Assembly (NCBI GenBank): GCA_963775425.1
Contig: CAVZJB010000007.1
Location: 32,001 to 96,000 of the forward strand
DNA length: 64,000 nt
Direction: 5' to 3'
Origin: an uncultured delta proteobacterium
GTDB taxonomy: Bacteria; Myxococcota; UBA727; VGSZ01
In this document: piece after piece, positions 36,445 through 45,624 of the stretch
Position numbering within the stretch: the first letter of the stretch is position 1
Layout of the letters: every line of letters begins with the position of its first letter
Notes under the pieces: generated by a model
Told to the model about the DNA's origin: nothing
Database searches by the model: none
What the model saw: only the letters and a program-made list of their open reading frames with translations
Translations under genes and position numbers: made by a program

Positions 36445-37233
36445 TCACAGGGAGATGCCGCGCTCGGCCAGGGGGCGGCGGACGCGCTCCTCGAGAGACC
36501 GCTTGGCGAGCGACAGGTACGGGGCGTCGCCGATCCAGCCGAGGCCGTTGGAGGGCAGGGAGCCGCGGGCGGCGATCGGCCGCCAGAGCTTTCTGAGCTC
36601 ACCCACGGCGTGCGCCGCCACCGCCGACAGGTGCGCGCGATCGGCGTCGTCGAGGAACGGCGCGGCCCAGTCGAGGAACGTCCACCCGACCACCCCGTGG
36701 GCCGCCTCGTCGCGCACGATGCGCCCGAGCACCGCGCGCGCGAGCGGGTAGCGCGCGTCCTGCCAGGCGGCGTGCAGGAGCGGGATCGAGAGGGCCTCAC
36801 CGACGCAGAAGGTGCGCACCACCAGCTCCGCCGCGCGCAACAACGGCGGCAAGGACGGCGACGGATCGATGACCAGGTCCTCGACGGTGTGCGTGAGCTC
36901 CACGGCCCCGCCGAGCGCCATCGCCATGCGCGCCGCCAGCTCCACGTGCGCCATCTCGTCGACGGGGAAGCGCGCGAAGATGGCCGTGAGGTCCACCGGC
37001 GCCTTGCACTCGAACAACGCCCGCAGCGTCGCCGTGCACTGCGCCCCCGTCCGATGCTCCTGAAACGCCGCCAGCGTCCACTGCATGCGCGCCTCGGCGA
37101 CGACGTCGGCGGGCAGCCCTGCGTCCGCCAGCGAGCCCCAGGGCATGCTCTCGATGTCGGGGCGCGCGGCGCGCCAGCGGCGCTCGGTGGCCCCGCCCCA
37201 AAGCTCGAGCTCGAAGACCTCGGGGTCGCTCAT
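36445..37233 (-). CDS. Ferritin-like (diiron four-helix bundle) protein
   Basis: E...ExxH pattern twice: FQEH, DEMAH, GEALS, DEAAH. Confidence 0.8.
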   Translation of the reverse strand: MSDPEVFELELWGGATERRWRAARPDIESMPWGSLADAGLPADVVAEARMQWTLAAFQEHRTGAQCTATLRALFECKAPVDLTAIFARFPVDEMAHVELAARMAMALGGAVELTHTVEDLVIDPSPSLPPLLRAAELVVRTFCVGEALSIPLLHAAWQDARYPLARAVLGRIVRDEAAHGVVGWTFLDWAAPFLDDADRAHLSAVAAHAVGELRKLWRPIAARGSLPSNGLGWIGDAPYLSLAKRSLEERVRRPLAERGISL

Positions 37234-37293
37234 GGCGCGGGGCTCACGGCGCGGGGCTCACGGCGCGGGGCTCACGGCGCGGCGCTCACGGCG
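37229..37293. repeat. 14-bp tandem repeat (CTCACGGCGCGGGG), about 4.6 copies, spanning the rseP stop and the ferritin-like start
   Basis: Units begin at 37229, 37243, 37257, 37271 and 37285 (partial). Confidence 0.92.
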
Positions 37294-39100
37294 AAAAGAG
37301 CCCGAGCACGTCGTTGGTGAGGGCGACCACCATCAGGATGCCGATGAGGACGAGCCCCACGAGCACCGCCTTGCGGCGGGTCTCGCCGCTGATCTTCTTG
37401 CGCGTGACGAGCTCGATGACGAAGAACATCAGGTGCCCGCCGTCGAGGACGGGGATCGGGATCATGTTCATCACGGCGAGGTTCACGCTGATGAGCCCCA
37501 TGATCGACACGTAGCTCGCGGCGCCGAGCTCCGCCGCCTGGCCCGAGAGCTTGGCGATGCCGATGGGCCCGGAGAGCGCCTGCAGGCCCACGCCGCCGGT
37601 GACCAGCATCGCGAAGCCGCGGAAGACGTCGAGCACGAGGTCACCGGTCTGGTCCACCGCGCGCCGCGCGGCCTCGACGGGGGACACCGTGCGCTCGACC
37701 ATGGGGCCGTCGCCCATCGACGAGGACAGCGCCACGCCGAACACCTTGAGCCCGCCCATCTGGCGCTGCGGCGCGGGCAACATGCGGAACGCGAGCACGC
37801 GCGCGCCGCCGGCGCCGGTGACGCCCACGACGTGGATGCCGTCAGGGTCCGCGTTGAGCGGCGCCTGGAGGTCCTGGGGCGTGACCAGCTTCTTGCCGTC
37901 GACGGCGACGATGCGGTCGCCGGCCACGAGGCCCTTCTCCGCGGCCACCGTGCGCGGCTCCACGTGGGCGACGAGGCCGTCGACCGGGGACAGGCCGAAG
38001 CGGCGGGCGGCGTCGGCCTGCGCGGCGCGCGTGGACGCGAGCGTCTGCGCCACGCGGCCGCTCACCGGGTCCGTCGACAGCTCGTCGCCGGTGACGCCGA
38101 AGCGATCGACCGCGATCTCGACGGGGGCCGCCTCCTCCGCCGTGAGCGTCACCGTGCGCGGCTTGCCGTCGGGGGCCGCAGCCGCGGGGGCCACGGCGTC
38201 GTCGTCCTCGTGCTCGCCGTCGTGCGCGCCGTCGTCGGCGCCGGCCGCGGGCGCCGCCCCACCGGCCTTGCCGGCGGCCGCGCCGTCGTGCACGACCTCG
38301 ACGGTGGCCGTGCCCGCGGCCGCGGCCGCGTCGAGGGCCGCCATCAGCTCGTCCTTGCTCTGAACGGGCGTGCCGTCGACGGCGGTGACGCGGTCGCGGT
38401 CGCGAATGCCCGCGGCGGCCGCGGGGCTGTCAGGCTCCACGAGGACGGTGGGCAGCTCGACGCCGGCGAGGATGCCGAGGCGGCCGACGGTGCGCTTGCG
38501 GTCGAAGATTGTGGGATCGCGCGCGGCCCGCGGCGTGACCTCGAGATCGAAGGTCTTGCCGGCGCGCTCCACCGTGAGGCGCAGGGGCACGCCGGGGCGC
38601 GGCTCGACGAAGGCCTGCAGGTCCGAAAACAGCGTCACCGGCGTGCCGCCCACCGCGACGATGCGGTCGCCGGAGCGCAGACCGCCCTGGGCCGCGGGCT
38701 CGCCGTCGATCACCGTGCCCGCCACCGCCGCCGGCACGGTCTCGTGCCCCACGTTGAGGCCGAACAGCAGCGCCACCGGCAGCAGGATGTTCGCGAGCGG
38801 CCCCGCCACCGCGATGGCCGACTTCTTGAGGAACGGCTGGCCCAGGAAGGAGCGGTGCAGCTCCTCGGGAGGAATTTCCTCCTCGATGTCGTCGCCGTAC
38901 ATCTTCACGTAGCCGCCGAGCGGCAGCGCGGAGATGCGGTACTCGGTCTCGCCGCGCCGGAAGCCGACGAGCCGTGGGCCGAAGCCGATGCTGAAGGTCA
39001 GCACGCGGACGCCGCAGGCCTTGGCGACGAAAAAATGCCCCGCCTCGTGGACGGTGATCAAGATGCCGAGGAGCGCCACGAAGGCGACGACTGTCAACAC
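37286..39100 (-). CDS. rseP: RIP metalloprotease RseP (M50) with multiple PDZ domains
   Basis: HEAGH, FSIGFGP, LPLGGYVKM, AGPLAN, SGPIGIA, NMIPIPVLDGGH. GTG 39100 chosen as start from the promoter position. Confidence 0.92.
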   Translation of the reverse strand: MLTVVAFVALLGILITVHEAGHFFVAKACGVRVLTFSIGFGPRLVGFRRGETEYRISALPLGGYVKMYGDDIEEEIPPEELHRSFLGQPFLKKSAIAVAGPLANILLPVALLFGLNVGHETVPAAVAGTVIDGEPAAQGGLRSGDRIVAVGGTPVTLFSDLQAFVEPRPGVPLRLTVERAGKTFDLEVTPRAARDPTIFDRKRTVGRLGILAGVELPTVLVEPDSPAAAAGIRDRDRVTAVDGTPVQSKDELMAALDAAAAAGTATVEVVHDGAAAGKAGGAAPAAGADDGAHDGEHEDDDAVAPAAAAPDGKPRTVTLTAEEAAPVEIAVDRFGVTGDELSTDPVSGRVAQTLASTRAAQADAARRFGLSPVDGLVAHVEPRTVAAEKGLVAGDRIVAVDGKKLVTPQDLQAPLNADPDGIHVVGVTGAGGARVLAFRMLPAPQRQMGGLKVFGVALSSSMGDGPMVERTVSPVEAARRAVDQTGDLVLDVFRGFAMLVTGGVGLQALSGPIGIAKLSGQAAELGAASYVSIMGLISVNLAVMNMIPIPVLDGGHLMFFVIELVTRKKISGETRRKAVLVGLVLIGILMVVALTNDVLGLFSP

Positions 39101-39106
39101 GCGGAA

Positions 39107-39116
39107 AGCATATCCT
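39107..39116. promoter_or_regulatory. Bidirectional overlapping -10 boxes (TATGCT on minus, TATCCT on plus)
   Basis: AGCATATCCT: each hexamer is 6 nt from a start codon (GTG 39100 minus, ATG 39123 plus). Confidence 0.6.
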
Positions 39117-39122
39117 CTCGCC

Positions 39123-39689
39123 ATGGCGTCGCCGTCACTTTCGACCTCCCTTTCGTGCGCGATCGCCGTCGTCGCGCTCGCCTCCGGCTGCAAGCCCGAC
39201 GTGCTCTCGGCCACCTCGGTCGAGGGAGGCGAGGGGTGGGTACGCGCGCACGTGCCCAAGGGCGACGGCTGGCACTGCGCCGCGCACGACGCCGACAAGG
39301 AGACGTTCCAGTTCCGCGGCGTCAAGTGTCAGTACGACGCCGGCGTCGTCATGACCGCCAAGCTCTACGACGTCGACACCGGCGACGCGCGCACGGCGCA
39401 GCTCTTCTGCATCCAGGACTGGAGGCAGGCGTACGCCGCAGTGTTCAAAGACGTGATGACGTACACCCACGACGTCGTCGACTGGCACGGCGTGCCCGCG
39501 TGCAAGGTCGTGATCGACGGCGCGTCGACCAAGGGTCCCTGGCACCTGTTCGAGATCCACGCGCCGAACGGGCGGCGCATGCTGCAGCTCACGGTGATGG
39601 GATCGCTGCCGGTGGTGGACAAGGAGCAAAAGGTCGTCGACGCGTGGCTCGACAATCTGCACTACGACCTGCGCCTGCCGGGGCAGTGA
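39123..39689 (+). CDS. Hypothetical lipoprotein
   Basis: AIAVVALASG-C lipobox; GC3-rich codons; several Cys. Confidence 0.7.
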   Translation: MASPSLSTSLSCAIAVVALASGCKPDVLSATSVEGGEGWVRAHVPKGDGWHCAAHDADKETFQFRGVKCQYDAGVVMTAKLYDVDTGDARTAQLFCIQDWRQAYAAVFKDVMTYTHDVVDWHGVPACKVVIDGASTKGPWHLFEIHAPNGRRMLQLTVMGSLPVVDKEQKVVDAWLDNLHYDLRLPGQ

Positions 39690-39698
39690 CGGCGCGCC

Positions 39699-39875
39699 TC
39701 AGCCCTTCTTCGGGGCCTTGTTCTTCGCCGCCTCCGCGTCGGGGGCCTCGACGTTGGCCTCGGCGTCGGGATCCTCGGCCTCGGCCCGCTTCAACAGCTC
39801 GGCGAGCTCGTCCTTCGACATCCGCTGCGTCGCCGCCGCTTGCTTGAGCGGCGGGGCCTTCTTCTTGTCCGTCAT
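39699..39875 (-). CDS. Small charged protein (58 aa), absent from the ORF track
   Basis: MTDKKKAPPLKQAAATQRMSKDELAELLKRAEAEDPDAEANVEAPDAEAAKNKAPKKG*; genome-like codons; TACAGT 6 nt upstream. Confidence 0.65.
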   Translation of the reverse strand: MTDKKKAPPLKQAAATQRMSKDELAELLKRAEAEDPDAEANVEAPDAEAAKNKAPKKG

Positions 39876-39887
39876 GAGCTCACTGTA

Positions 39888-40631
39888 TCAGGTGTGCGCG
39901 GGGGCGAGGCGGCCGTCCTTGACGACGAAGTCTTCGGCGACGGCGGGCGCGAGCGGCTTGGTGGCGTCGATGGCCACGCCGAGGCGCTGCATGGCGGCCG
40001 CGGTGTGACGCAGGACGCGCGCGGAGCGGGACTCGTCGCACACCATCGCCTGCAGCTTCTGAGACACCCCGTCGTGCAGCGACGCGATCTTCGGCCACAT
40101 GCGCTCGAAGGCGTCGATGCACGAGCACTGGACGTCGTCACCGTGGTCGTCGAGGTACGGGAGCACGGCCTCGGCGGCGCGCGGGTCGTTGTCCATGGAG
40201 ATGCAGAAGACGAGCTCGGCCTTGCCCTGCGTGGTGCGGTAGTCCTCGGGGGAGCGCGCCTTGAGCGCCTCGACGAGGTCGAGGATGTACGTGTCGTGGT
40301 CCACCAGGCGCTGCAGCGCCTTGGCCGCGAACGCGATGGCGTTCTCCTTCTTGAGGAACATCTTGAGCGCCATGCGCGCCGGCTCCCCGCGCTGCACGAG
40401 CTCGTCCACGAGCCACTTCTTCTCCTCCTCGTCCCAGTGCGGCGACTGCGCGACGACGGCGAACCGGGTGAGCGCGCCCTGGATGGCCTCGGGGGTGCCC
40501 CAGCCGAGCAGGCGCTCCATGGCCTCGCGGCGGTATTCGGGCTGCGCGTAGCGCTCCTTCACCTTCACAACGAGCTTTTCGATGTTCTTCTGCGTCGGCT
40601 TGTCGCCACCAAAGATGCTGAGAAGGCCCAT
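39888..40631 (-). CDS. HEAT-repeat-like protein
   Basis: MGLLSIFGG...; all-helical; DPRAAEAVLPYLDDHGDDVQ HEAT-like motif. Confidence 0.75.
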   Translation of the reverse strand: MGLLSIFGGDKPTQKNIEKLVVKVKERYAQPEYRREAMERLLGWGTPEAIQGALTRFAVVAQSPHWDEEEKKWLVDELVQRGEPARMALKMFLKKENAIAFAAKALQRLVDHDTYILDLVEALKARSPEDYRTTQGKAELVFCISMDNDPRAAEAVLPYLDDHGDDVQCSCIDAFERMWPKIASLHDGVSQKLQAMVCDESRSARVLRHTAAAMQRLGVAIDATKPLAPAVAEDFVVKDGRLAPAHT

Positions 40632-40720
40632 GGAGGCTGCATACGCACCGCCGGGGCCGCTGGCTAGGGGGCACGATGCTCCCCTTGACGTCGACGTCGG
40701 CGCACGCGACATGCCGCAGC

Positions 40721-41737
40721 ATGAGCGAGTCTCCTCGATCCGCCGACGACATCCAGGCCCTGTCCGAGAAGATCAAGACGGAGAGCGCCTTCGTCGACGC
40801 TGTGCTGCGCGAAGTGCAGAAGGTCATCGTCGGGCAGCGCGCCATGGTGGAGCGGGTCCTCGTCGGCTTGCTCACCGGTGGCCACGTGCTCCTCGAGGGC
40901 GTCCCCGGCCTGGCCAAGACCCTCACGCTCACCACGCTCGCCAAAGCGCTGCACCTCTCCTTCGGGCGCGTGCAGTTCACGCCCGACCTCCTCCCCGGCG
41001 ACCTCACCGGCACGTCCATCTGGGATCCGGAGAAGCGCGCCTTCGAGCCGCGCAAGGGCCCCATCTTCGCCAACCTGCTGCTCGCCGACGAGGTGAACCG
41101 CGCCCCGGCCAAGGTGCAGAGCGCCCTCCTCGAGGCCATGCAGGAAAAGCGCGTCACCATCGGCACCACCACGTTCGACCTGCCGTCCCCGTTCTTCGCC
41201 ATGGCCACGCAGAACCCGGTGGAGCAGGAGGGGACCTATCCGCTGCCCGAAGCCCAGGTCGATCGCTTCATGCTCAAGGTCGTCGTCGGGTTCCCCACGC
41301 GCGCCGAGGAGCGGCAGATCATGGACCGCATGACGGAGGGCCACGAGGCGGTCGCCGAGAACATCGTCGGCCCTGAAGAGCTCGAGCGTGCGTCGGCGTG
41401 CGTCAAGCAGATCTACGTCGACGACAAGATCAAGCGCTACATCGTCGACCTCGTGTTCGCCACGCGCGAGCCCAAGGAGGTGAGCGGCGGCAAGCTCAAG
41501 GACCTCGAGCCGCTCATCGCCTACGGCGCCTCTCCGCGCGCGTCCATCGCGCTCAACATGGCGGCGCGCGCCCACGCGTTCCTGTCCCATCGGGCCTTCG
41601 TCACACCCGACGACGTCAAGGCCATCGGCCTCGACGTCCTGCGCCACCGCGTGCACCTCACGTTCGAAGCCGAGGCCCAGGAGATCAAGGCCGACGACGT
41701 CGTGCGTCGCGTGTTCGAAGCCGTCCCCGTCCCGTAG
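40721..41737 (+). CDS. moxR: MoxR family AAA+ ATPase
   Basis: GHVLLEGVPGLAKT, RVQFTPDLLPGD, LADEVNRAPAKVQSALLEAMQE, ATQNPVEQEGTYPLPEAQVDRF, GASPRA. Confidence 0.96.
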   Translation: MSESPRSADDIQALSEKIKTESAFVDAVLREVQKVIVGQRAMVERVLVGLLTGGHVLLEGVPGLAKTLTLTTLAKALHLSFGRVQFTPDLLPGDLTGTSIWDPEKRAFEPRKGPIFANLLLADEVNRAPAKVQSALLEAMQEKRVTIGTTTFDLPSPFFAMATQNPVEQEGTYPLPEAQVDRFMLKVVVGFPTRAEERQIMDRMTEGHEAVAENIVGPEELERASACVKQIYVDDKIKRYIVDLVFATREPKEVSGGKLKDLEPLIAYGASPRASIALNMAARAHAFLSHRAFVTPDDVKAIGLDVLRHRVHLTFEAEAQEIKADDVVRRVFEAVPVP

Positions 41738-41780
41738 GGGCTGGCGGGACACCGCAACGGTCGTCACGCCGCAGGGCTCG

Positions 41781-42087
41781 TCAGTTCGCGAGCACCTCGC
41801 TGGCGAGCTCGTTGCCGAGCGCCGCCTCCTCGGGCGCCACCACGCCCATCTCGCGGCCGAGCGCGTCGAACGCGACCAGGCCGCCGGTCTTCGTGCGCTG
41901 CGCGGAGCCGACCTTCTTCCCGTCGACGACGATGTCCACGCGATCGTCGCCGTGCGGCACGAGGACGAAGCGCTCGAGGTCGCGGGTGACCGTGACGGTG
42001 CTAGAGCTTCCGCGTGAGCACGAACGAGCCCATGCAGCCCGACACCATCACCATCGCCAGCGACACGGCGATCACTCGCTTTTTCAT
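41781..42087 (-). pseudogene. DUF3332-like lipoprotein remnant
   Basis: GGAGG SD; MKKRVIAVSLAMVMVSG-CMGSFVLTRKL then TAG at 42001-42003; another frame continues TVTVTRDLERFVLVPHGDDRVDIVVDGKKVG...LAN*. The conserved middle appears missing. Confidence 0.6.
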
Positions 42088-42136
42088 GCAGCCTCCGCCC
42101 CCAGTCTCCCCCACCCGCGGCGCGCGCGGGAGCGCA

Positions 42137-44176
42137 TCAGCGCGCCTGGTGCCCGCGCTGCCCGCGCCGGGGGTCGGCCGTCGTCGTCGCCGGGGGCGGC
42201 GGCAGGGCGGCGAGGACGGCGGCGTGGACCGAGACGAGGTCGGGCGAGCGCTTCTTGCCGTGCTCGAGGAAGCGCAGGTGCTCGTTTCGCCGGTGCACCG
42301 CGAGCTTGGTGACGTCGGCGCGCCCGAGCGGCAGCGTGAGCGCCTTGTGCATCTCGGCGGCCGCGCCGCCGGGATCGCCGGCGACGACGTGCGACTCCGC
42401 GAGCCCCAGGTGCGCCCAAGGCGAGCGCGGTTGGAGCTCCTCCGCGAGCGCCAGCGCGCGCGCCGCCCCGTGGGCGTCGCCGGCCGCGCGGCGCCGGTCC
42501 GCGAGGTGGCGCAGGTCCTCGACGAAGTCCGGGTGCGCCGGCAGCCCAGAGAGCGGCTTGAGGAGGCGCTCGGCGGCGGCGACGTCGCCGGGGACCGCCT
42601 CGGGTCGCAGGTCGCGCAGCGCCTCCGGCGTCTTCTTCCACGCCGCGTCGAGGCGCGCGGCGAGCTTGTTCAGCGCCGGCGGCAGCGGATGCGCGCAGCG
42701 CGCCTTGGCGCAGGCGTCGACGTAGGCGTGGAAGAACGCCGCGGGGCTGTCGTGCGCGAGCGCGCGGACGCCGGCGGCGCCGCGGGCGGCCTCGAGGACG
42801 CGCGCCATCTCCGCGCCCACGCGGATGCTCACCCGCCCGAAGGCCGGGTGGTACGCGTCGCGCAACGCCTCGCGCGCCTCGAAGGGCAGGCGCGTGCGCG
42901 CGAACAGCGCCGGCAGCGCGGCGAAGGCGCGCGTGACCGCGGCGGGCGGCGCCGAAGCGTCGTCGTGGACGAGGCCGTAGCTCATGATCCGGCTCATGCC
43001 GTCGAACGCCACCGCGTCGTACGGGTCCGCGGCGTACAGGTCGCGAAAGGGCGCGCCGTCGTCGACGAGGAGCTCGGCCACGCTCGACGAGATGCGCGTG
43101 AGCAGCGGCGCGGAGCCCTGGAGGTTCGTCAGAAGGACGACGATCAGATCGTCGTCGGGGAGCATGAACAACAGCGACGATGTCCCCGGCTGGCCCCCCG
43201 CGTGCGCCACCACCCTGCGCCCGTGCAGCGGATAGACGGCGAAGCCCATGCCGTAGTCGGCCTGCCGCCCGTCCCGCGTCACCACCGGCGTGGTCATGCG
43301 CGCGAACACCTCCTTGTCGACGAGCGTGCCGGCGAGCAGCGCGTGCGCGTAGCGCAGGAGGTCGTCGACGTCGGCGCGCATGCCGCCGCTGGCGAAGCGG
43401 CTCGAGATGTCGAGCGGCTCGGCGGGCACGATGCGGCCACCGGCGAGGCGGTAGCCGGCGGCGACATCGTCGTCCTTCAGGTGGAGGGCCTCGAGCCCGG
43501 TGCGCGTCATGCCGAGCGGGCCGAGCACGTGCTCTTCGAGATACGTCCCGAAGGGGACGCCCGAGGCCTCCTCCACCGCCGCGCCGAGCAGGTTGTAGCC
43601 GAAGCTCGAGTACAAGAACCTCTGCCCGGGCGGCGCCGCCAGCGGCCGCTTGGCGAACAGCGCGATGGACTGCGCGGTGTCGAGCGGCGTCGTCGTCATC
43701 GCGTCGTGCATGCTGCGGTAGTGCGCGACGCCCCCCGTGTGCGAGAGGAGCTCCTTCACCGTGACGGGTCCGCTCTTGTCGGGGTACGCGGGCACGTAGC
43801 GCTGGATCTCCGCGCCGAGGTCGATCTTGTTGTCCGCCGCGAGCTGCATGACGGAGACGGCCGTGAAGGTCTTGGTGATGGAGGCGATGCGATACGACGT
43901 GCGCGCCGTCGCCTCCCTGGCCGCCGCCGCGCCGCGCAGCCCCCGCGACGGCAACACGGCGTCGCCGCGCGCCGCGTGCCAGACCGCGCCGTGGAAGAGC
44001 ACCGCCGCCGACACCCCCGCCACCGGCTCTCCCGCGAGCGCGTGGTCGACGACGGCGTCGAGCATCGCCGCGGTCTTGTCCGGCAGCGCCGGCGCCGACG
44101 CCGGCGACCAGGGCGCGTCCTTCGCGGCCGTCGCGGGCGCGGCGGCGAGGGCGAGGGTGAGGGCGAAGGCGAGCAC
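42137..44176 (-). CDS. Exported serine hydrolase (beta-lactamase/PBP family) with C-terminal TPR
   Basis: Signal peptide; IASITK (SxxK), LLSHTGG, YSSFGY, ASGGM, AHAGGQPG; TPR-like ALALAEELQPRSPWAHLGLAE. Confidence 0.85.
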   Translation of the reverse strand: MLAFALTLALAAAPATAAKDAPWSPASAPALPDKTAAMLDAVVDHALAGEPVAGVSAAVLFHGAVWHAARGDAVLPSRGLRGAAAAREATARTSYRIASITKTFTAVSVMQLAADNKIDLGAEIQRYVPAYPDKSGPVTVKELLSHTGGVAHYRSMHDAMTTTPLDTAQSIALFAKRPLAAPPGQRFLYSSFGYNLLGAAVEEASGVPFGTYLEEHVLGPLGMTRTGLEALHLKDDDVAAGYRLAGGRIVPAEPLDISSRFASGGMRADVDDLLRYAHALLAGTLVDKEVFARMTTPVVTRDGRQADYGMGFAVYPLHGRRVVAHAGGQPGTSSLLFMLPDDDLIVVLLTNLQGSAPLLTRISSSVAELLVDDGAPFRDLYAADPYDAVAFDGMSRIMSYGLVHDDASAPPAAVTRAFAALPALFARTRLPFEAREALRDAYHPAFGRVSIRVGAEMARVLEAARGAAGVRALAHDSPAAFFHAYVDACAKARCAHPLPPALNKLAARLDAAWKKTPEALRDLRPEAVPGDVAAAERLLKPLSGLPAHPDFVEDLRHLADRRRAAGDAHGAARALALAEELQPRSPWAHLGLAESHVVAGDPGGAAAEMHKALTLPLGRADVTKLAVHRRNEHLRFLEHGKKRSPDLVSVHAAVLAALPPPPATTTADPRRGQRGHQAR

Positions 44177-44181
44177 GGCGG

Positions 44182-45624
44182 TCAGATCCCGTCGCCCATG
44201 GCCGCGCCCGCGGACGCGAGCGACGTCGGCGGCGGCGGCGCAGCGGCAGCAGCGACGGGCGCAGCGGCGGGAACAGGCGCAGCGGCGGGCTCGACGTCGG
44301 CGAGGGCGCCGGGCGGGTGCGGCGGCGGAGAAGACGCGTAGCCGTCGAGGACGGCGTCGGCGATGATCTGGCCGAGCATGTCGAGGCCGCGGCCGCGCGG
44401 GTGCGCGAAGTCGTCGTGGAGCGCGCCGACGTCGTACAGCCGCTTGAGCGAGCCGTTCCCGCCCATCGCCGCGAACAGATCGAAGAACGCGCAGCCCTCC
44501 TCGTGGGCGACGCGGCGCTCGATGTCGATGACGTCGTCGAGCTGCGGGCGCGTGCGGAAGGGATCGGGCACGTCGGCGCCGGCCGCGCCGACCACCTCCT
44601 CGATGGGCCCCACCACGAGGCACGCGGCGCCGGTGGCGGCCTGCACGCGGTGCACGAGCGCGCGCAGGTCGCGCTCGACGGTCTTGGTGGTGTAGCGCCG
44701 CCAGGCGAGCCGCTTGGTCTCGTTGCCGCCGATCATCAACACGACGAGCGCGGGGCGTCGCTCGCGGAGCTGCGCCGAGAAGGTCTCCTCGTCGGTGGAC
44801 AGCCACAGCCGCGCGTCCGCCGAGGGCACGCCGAGCGCGTCCAGGACGACGCCGCCGCTGTTGCGCTCGAGGGTGACGCCCTGCACCACGGCGCCGGCGG
44901 CGGCGGCGCGCAGCTCGAGGACGTCGGCGCCGCGGTCGAGGGTGAAGCGGCTGATGCGCGGCCCGTCGTAGCCGCGGCCCTTGAGCTTCACCCAGGGGCC
45001 GTGGTCGAGGCGCCACGACAAAGGCGCGCCGCCCTCCTTCTCGAGCCAGAACACCTCGGCCTTGCGCTCGCCGCGCAAGCGGAAACGGCTGACGGCGGCG
45101 CCCTCGCTGACGTGCTGCACGCCGGTGGCGCCGAGCGGCGCGACGACCGGACCCTCGGCGCAGTTCTCCGCGCGCCAGCCCCAGGCGCTGCGCGCGGTGC
45201 GGCCGCGCGGGCCGTACTCGGCCATGCGATCGGCGAGGATGAGCCCGCGCCCGGCGTCATCGAAGCGCTCGACGAGGCGCTCGCGGACGACGTCGGTGAT
45301 GCCGTCGGAGGCGATGAGCGAGTTGCCGATCACGGCGATCTCGGTGCGCGCCCCGCGCGACGCCGTGGCGTCGAGCGACGCGTAGAAGGGCTCGAGCACC
45401 GTGCGCGCGCAGGTGCAGCGACCCTTCATCACCGGCCTCACGCACGGGTCCTCCACGCGGCCGCCCGGCGCGCGCACCACGCGCATGAAGCGATGGAGCA
45501 CGTCGGCCTCGTGCGACCCGAGCCGCGCGGCGCGGTCGAGGTACGCCGGCCGCGCCGGGCACATCCCGCGATCCGCCGGGGCAGCGGCGGCGACGACGAC
45601 GGTGAGGAGCACCGGGGCGAGCAC
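44182..45624 (-). CDS. Exported SGNH/GDSL hydrolase (PatB/Ape-like O-acetyl transferase or esterase)
   Basis: IAVIGNSLIA, LGVPSA, MIGGNE, VVGP, FFDLFAAMGG, DFAHP. Start uncertain. Confidence 0.78.
   Translation of the reverse strand: MLAPVLLTVVVAAAAPADRGMCPARPAYLDRAARLGSHEADVLHRFMRVVRAPGGRVEDPCVRPVMKGRCTCARTVLEPFYASLDATASRGARTEIAVIGNSLIASDGITDVVRERLVERFDDAGRGLILADRMAEYGPRGRTARSAWGWRAENCAEGPVVAPLGATGVQHVSEGAAVSRFRLRGERKAEVFWLEKEGGAPLSWRLDHGPWVKLKGRGYDGPRISRFTLDRGADVLELRAAAAGAVVQGVTLERNSGGVVLDALGVPSADARLWLSTDEETFSAQLRERRPALVVLMIGGNETKRLAWRRYTTKTVERDLRALVHRVQAATGAACLVVGPIEEVVGAAGADVPDPFRTRPQLDDVIDIERRVAHEEGCAFFDLFAAMGGNGSLKRLYDVGALHDDFAHPRGRGLDMLGQIIADAVLDGYASSPPPHPPGALADVEPAAAPVPAAAPVAAAAAPPPPTSLASAGAAMGDGI

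Noticed and set aside
39101-39325. Extended N-terminus of RseP in the ORF track
   Set aside because: It overlaps the divergent lipoprotein gene; RseP homology begins at the TM segment before HEAGH.
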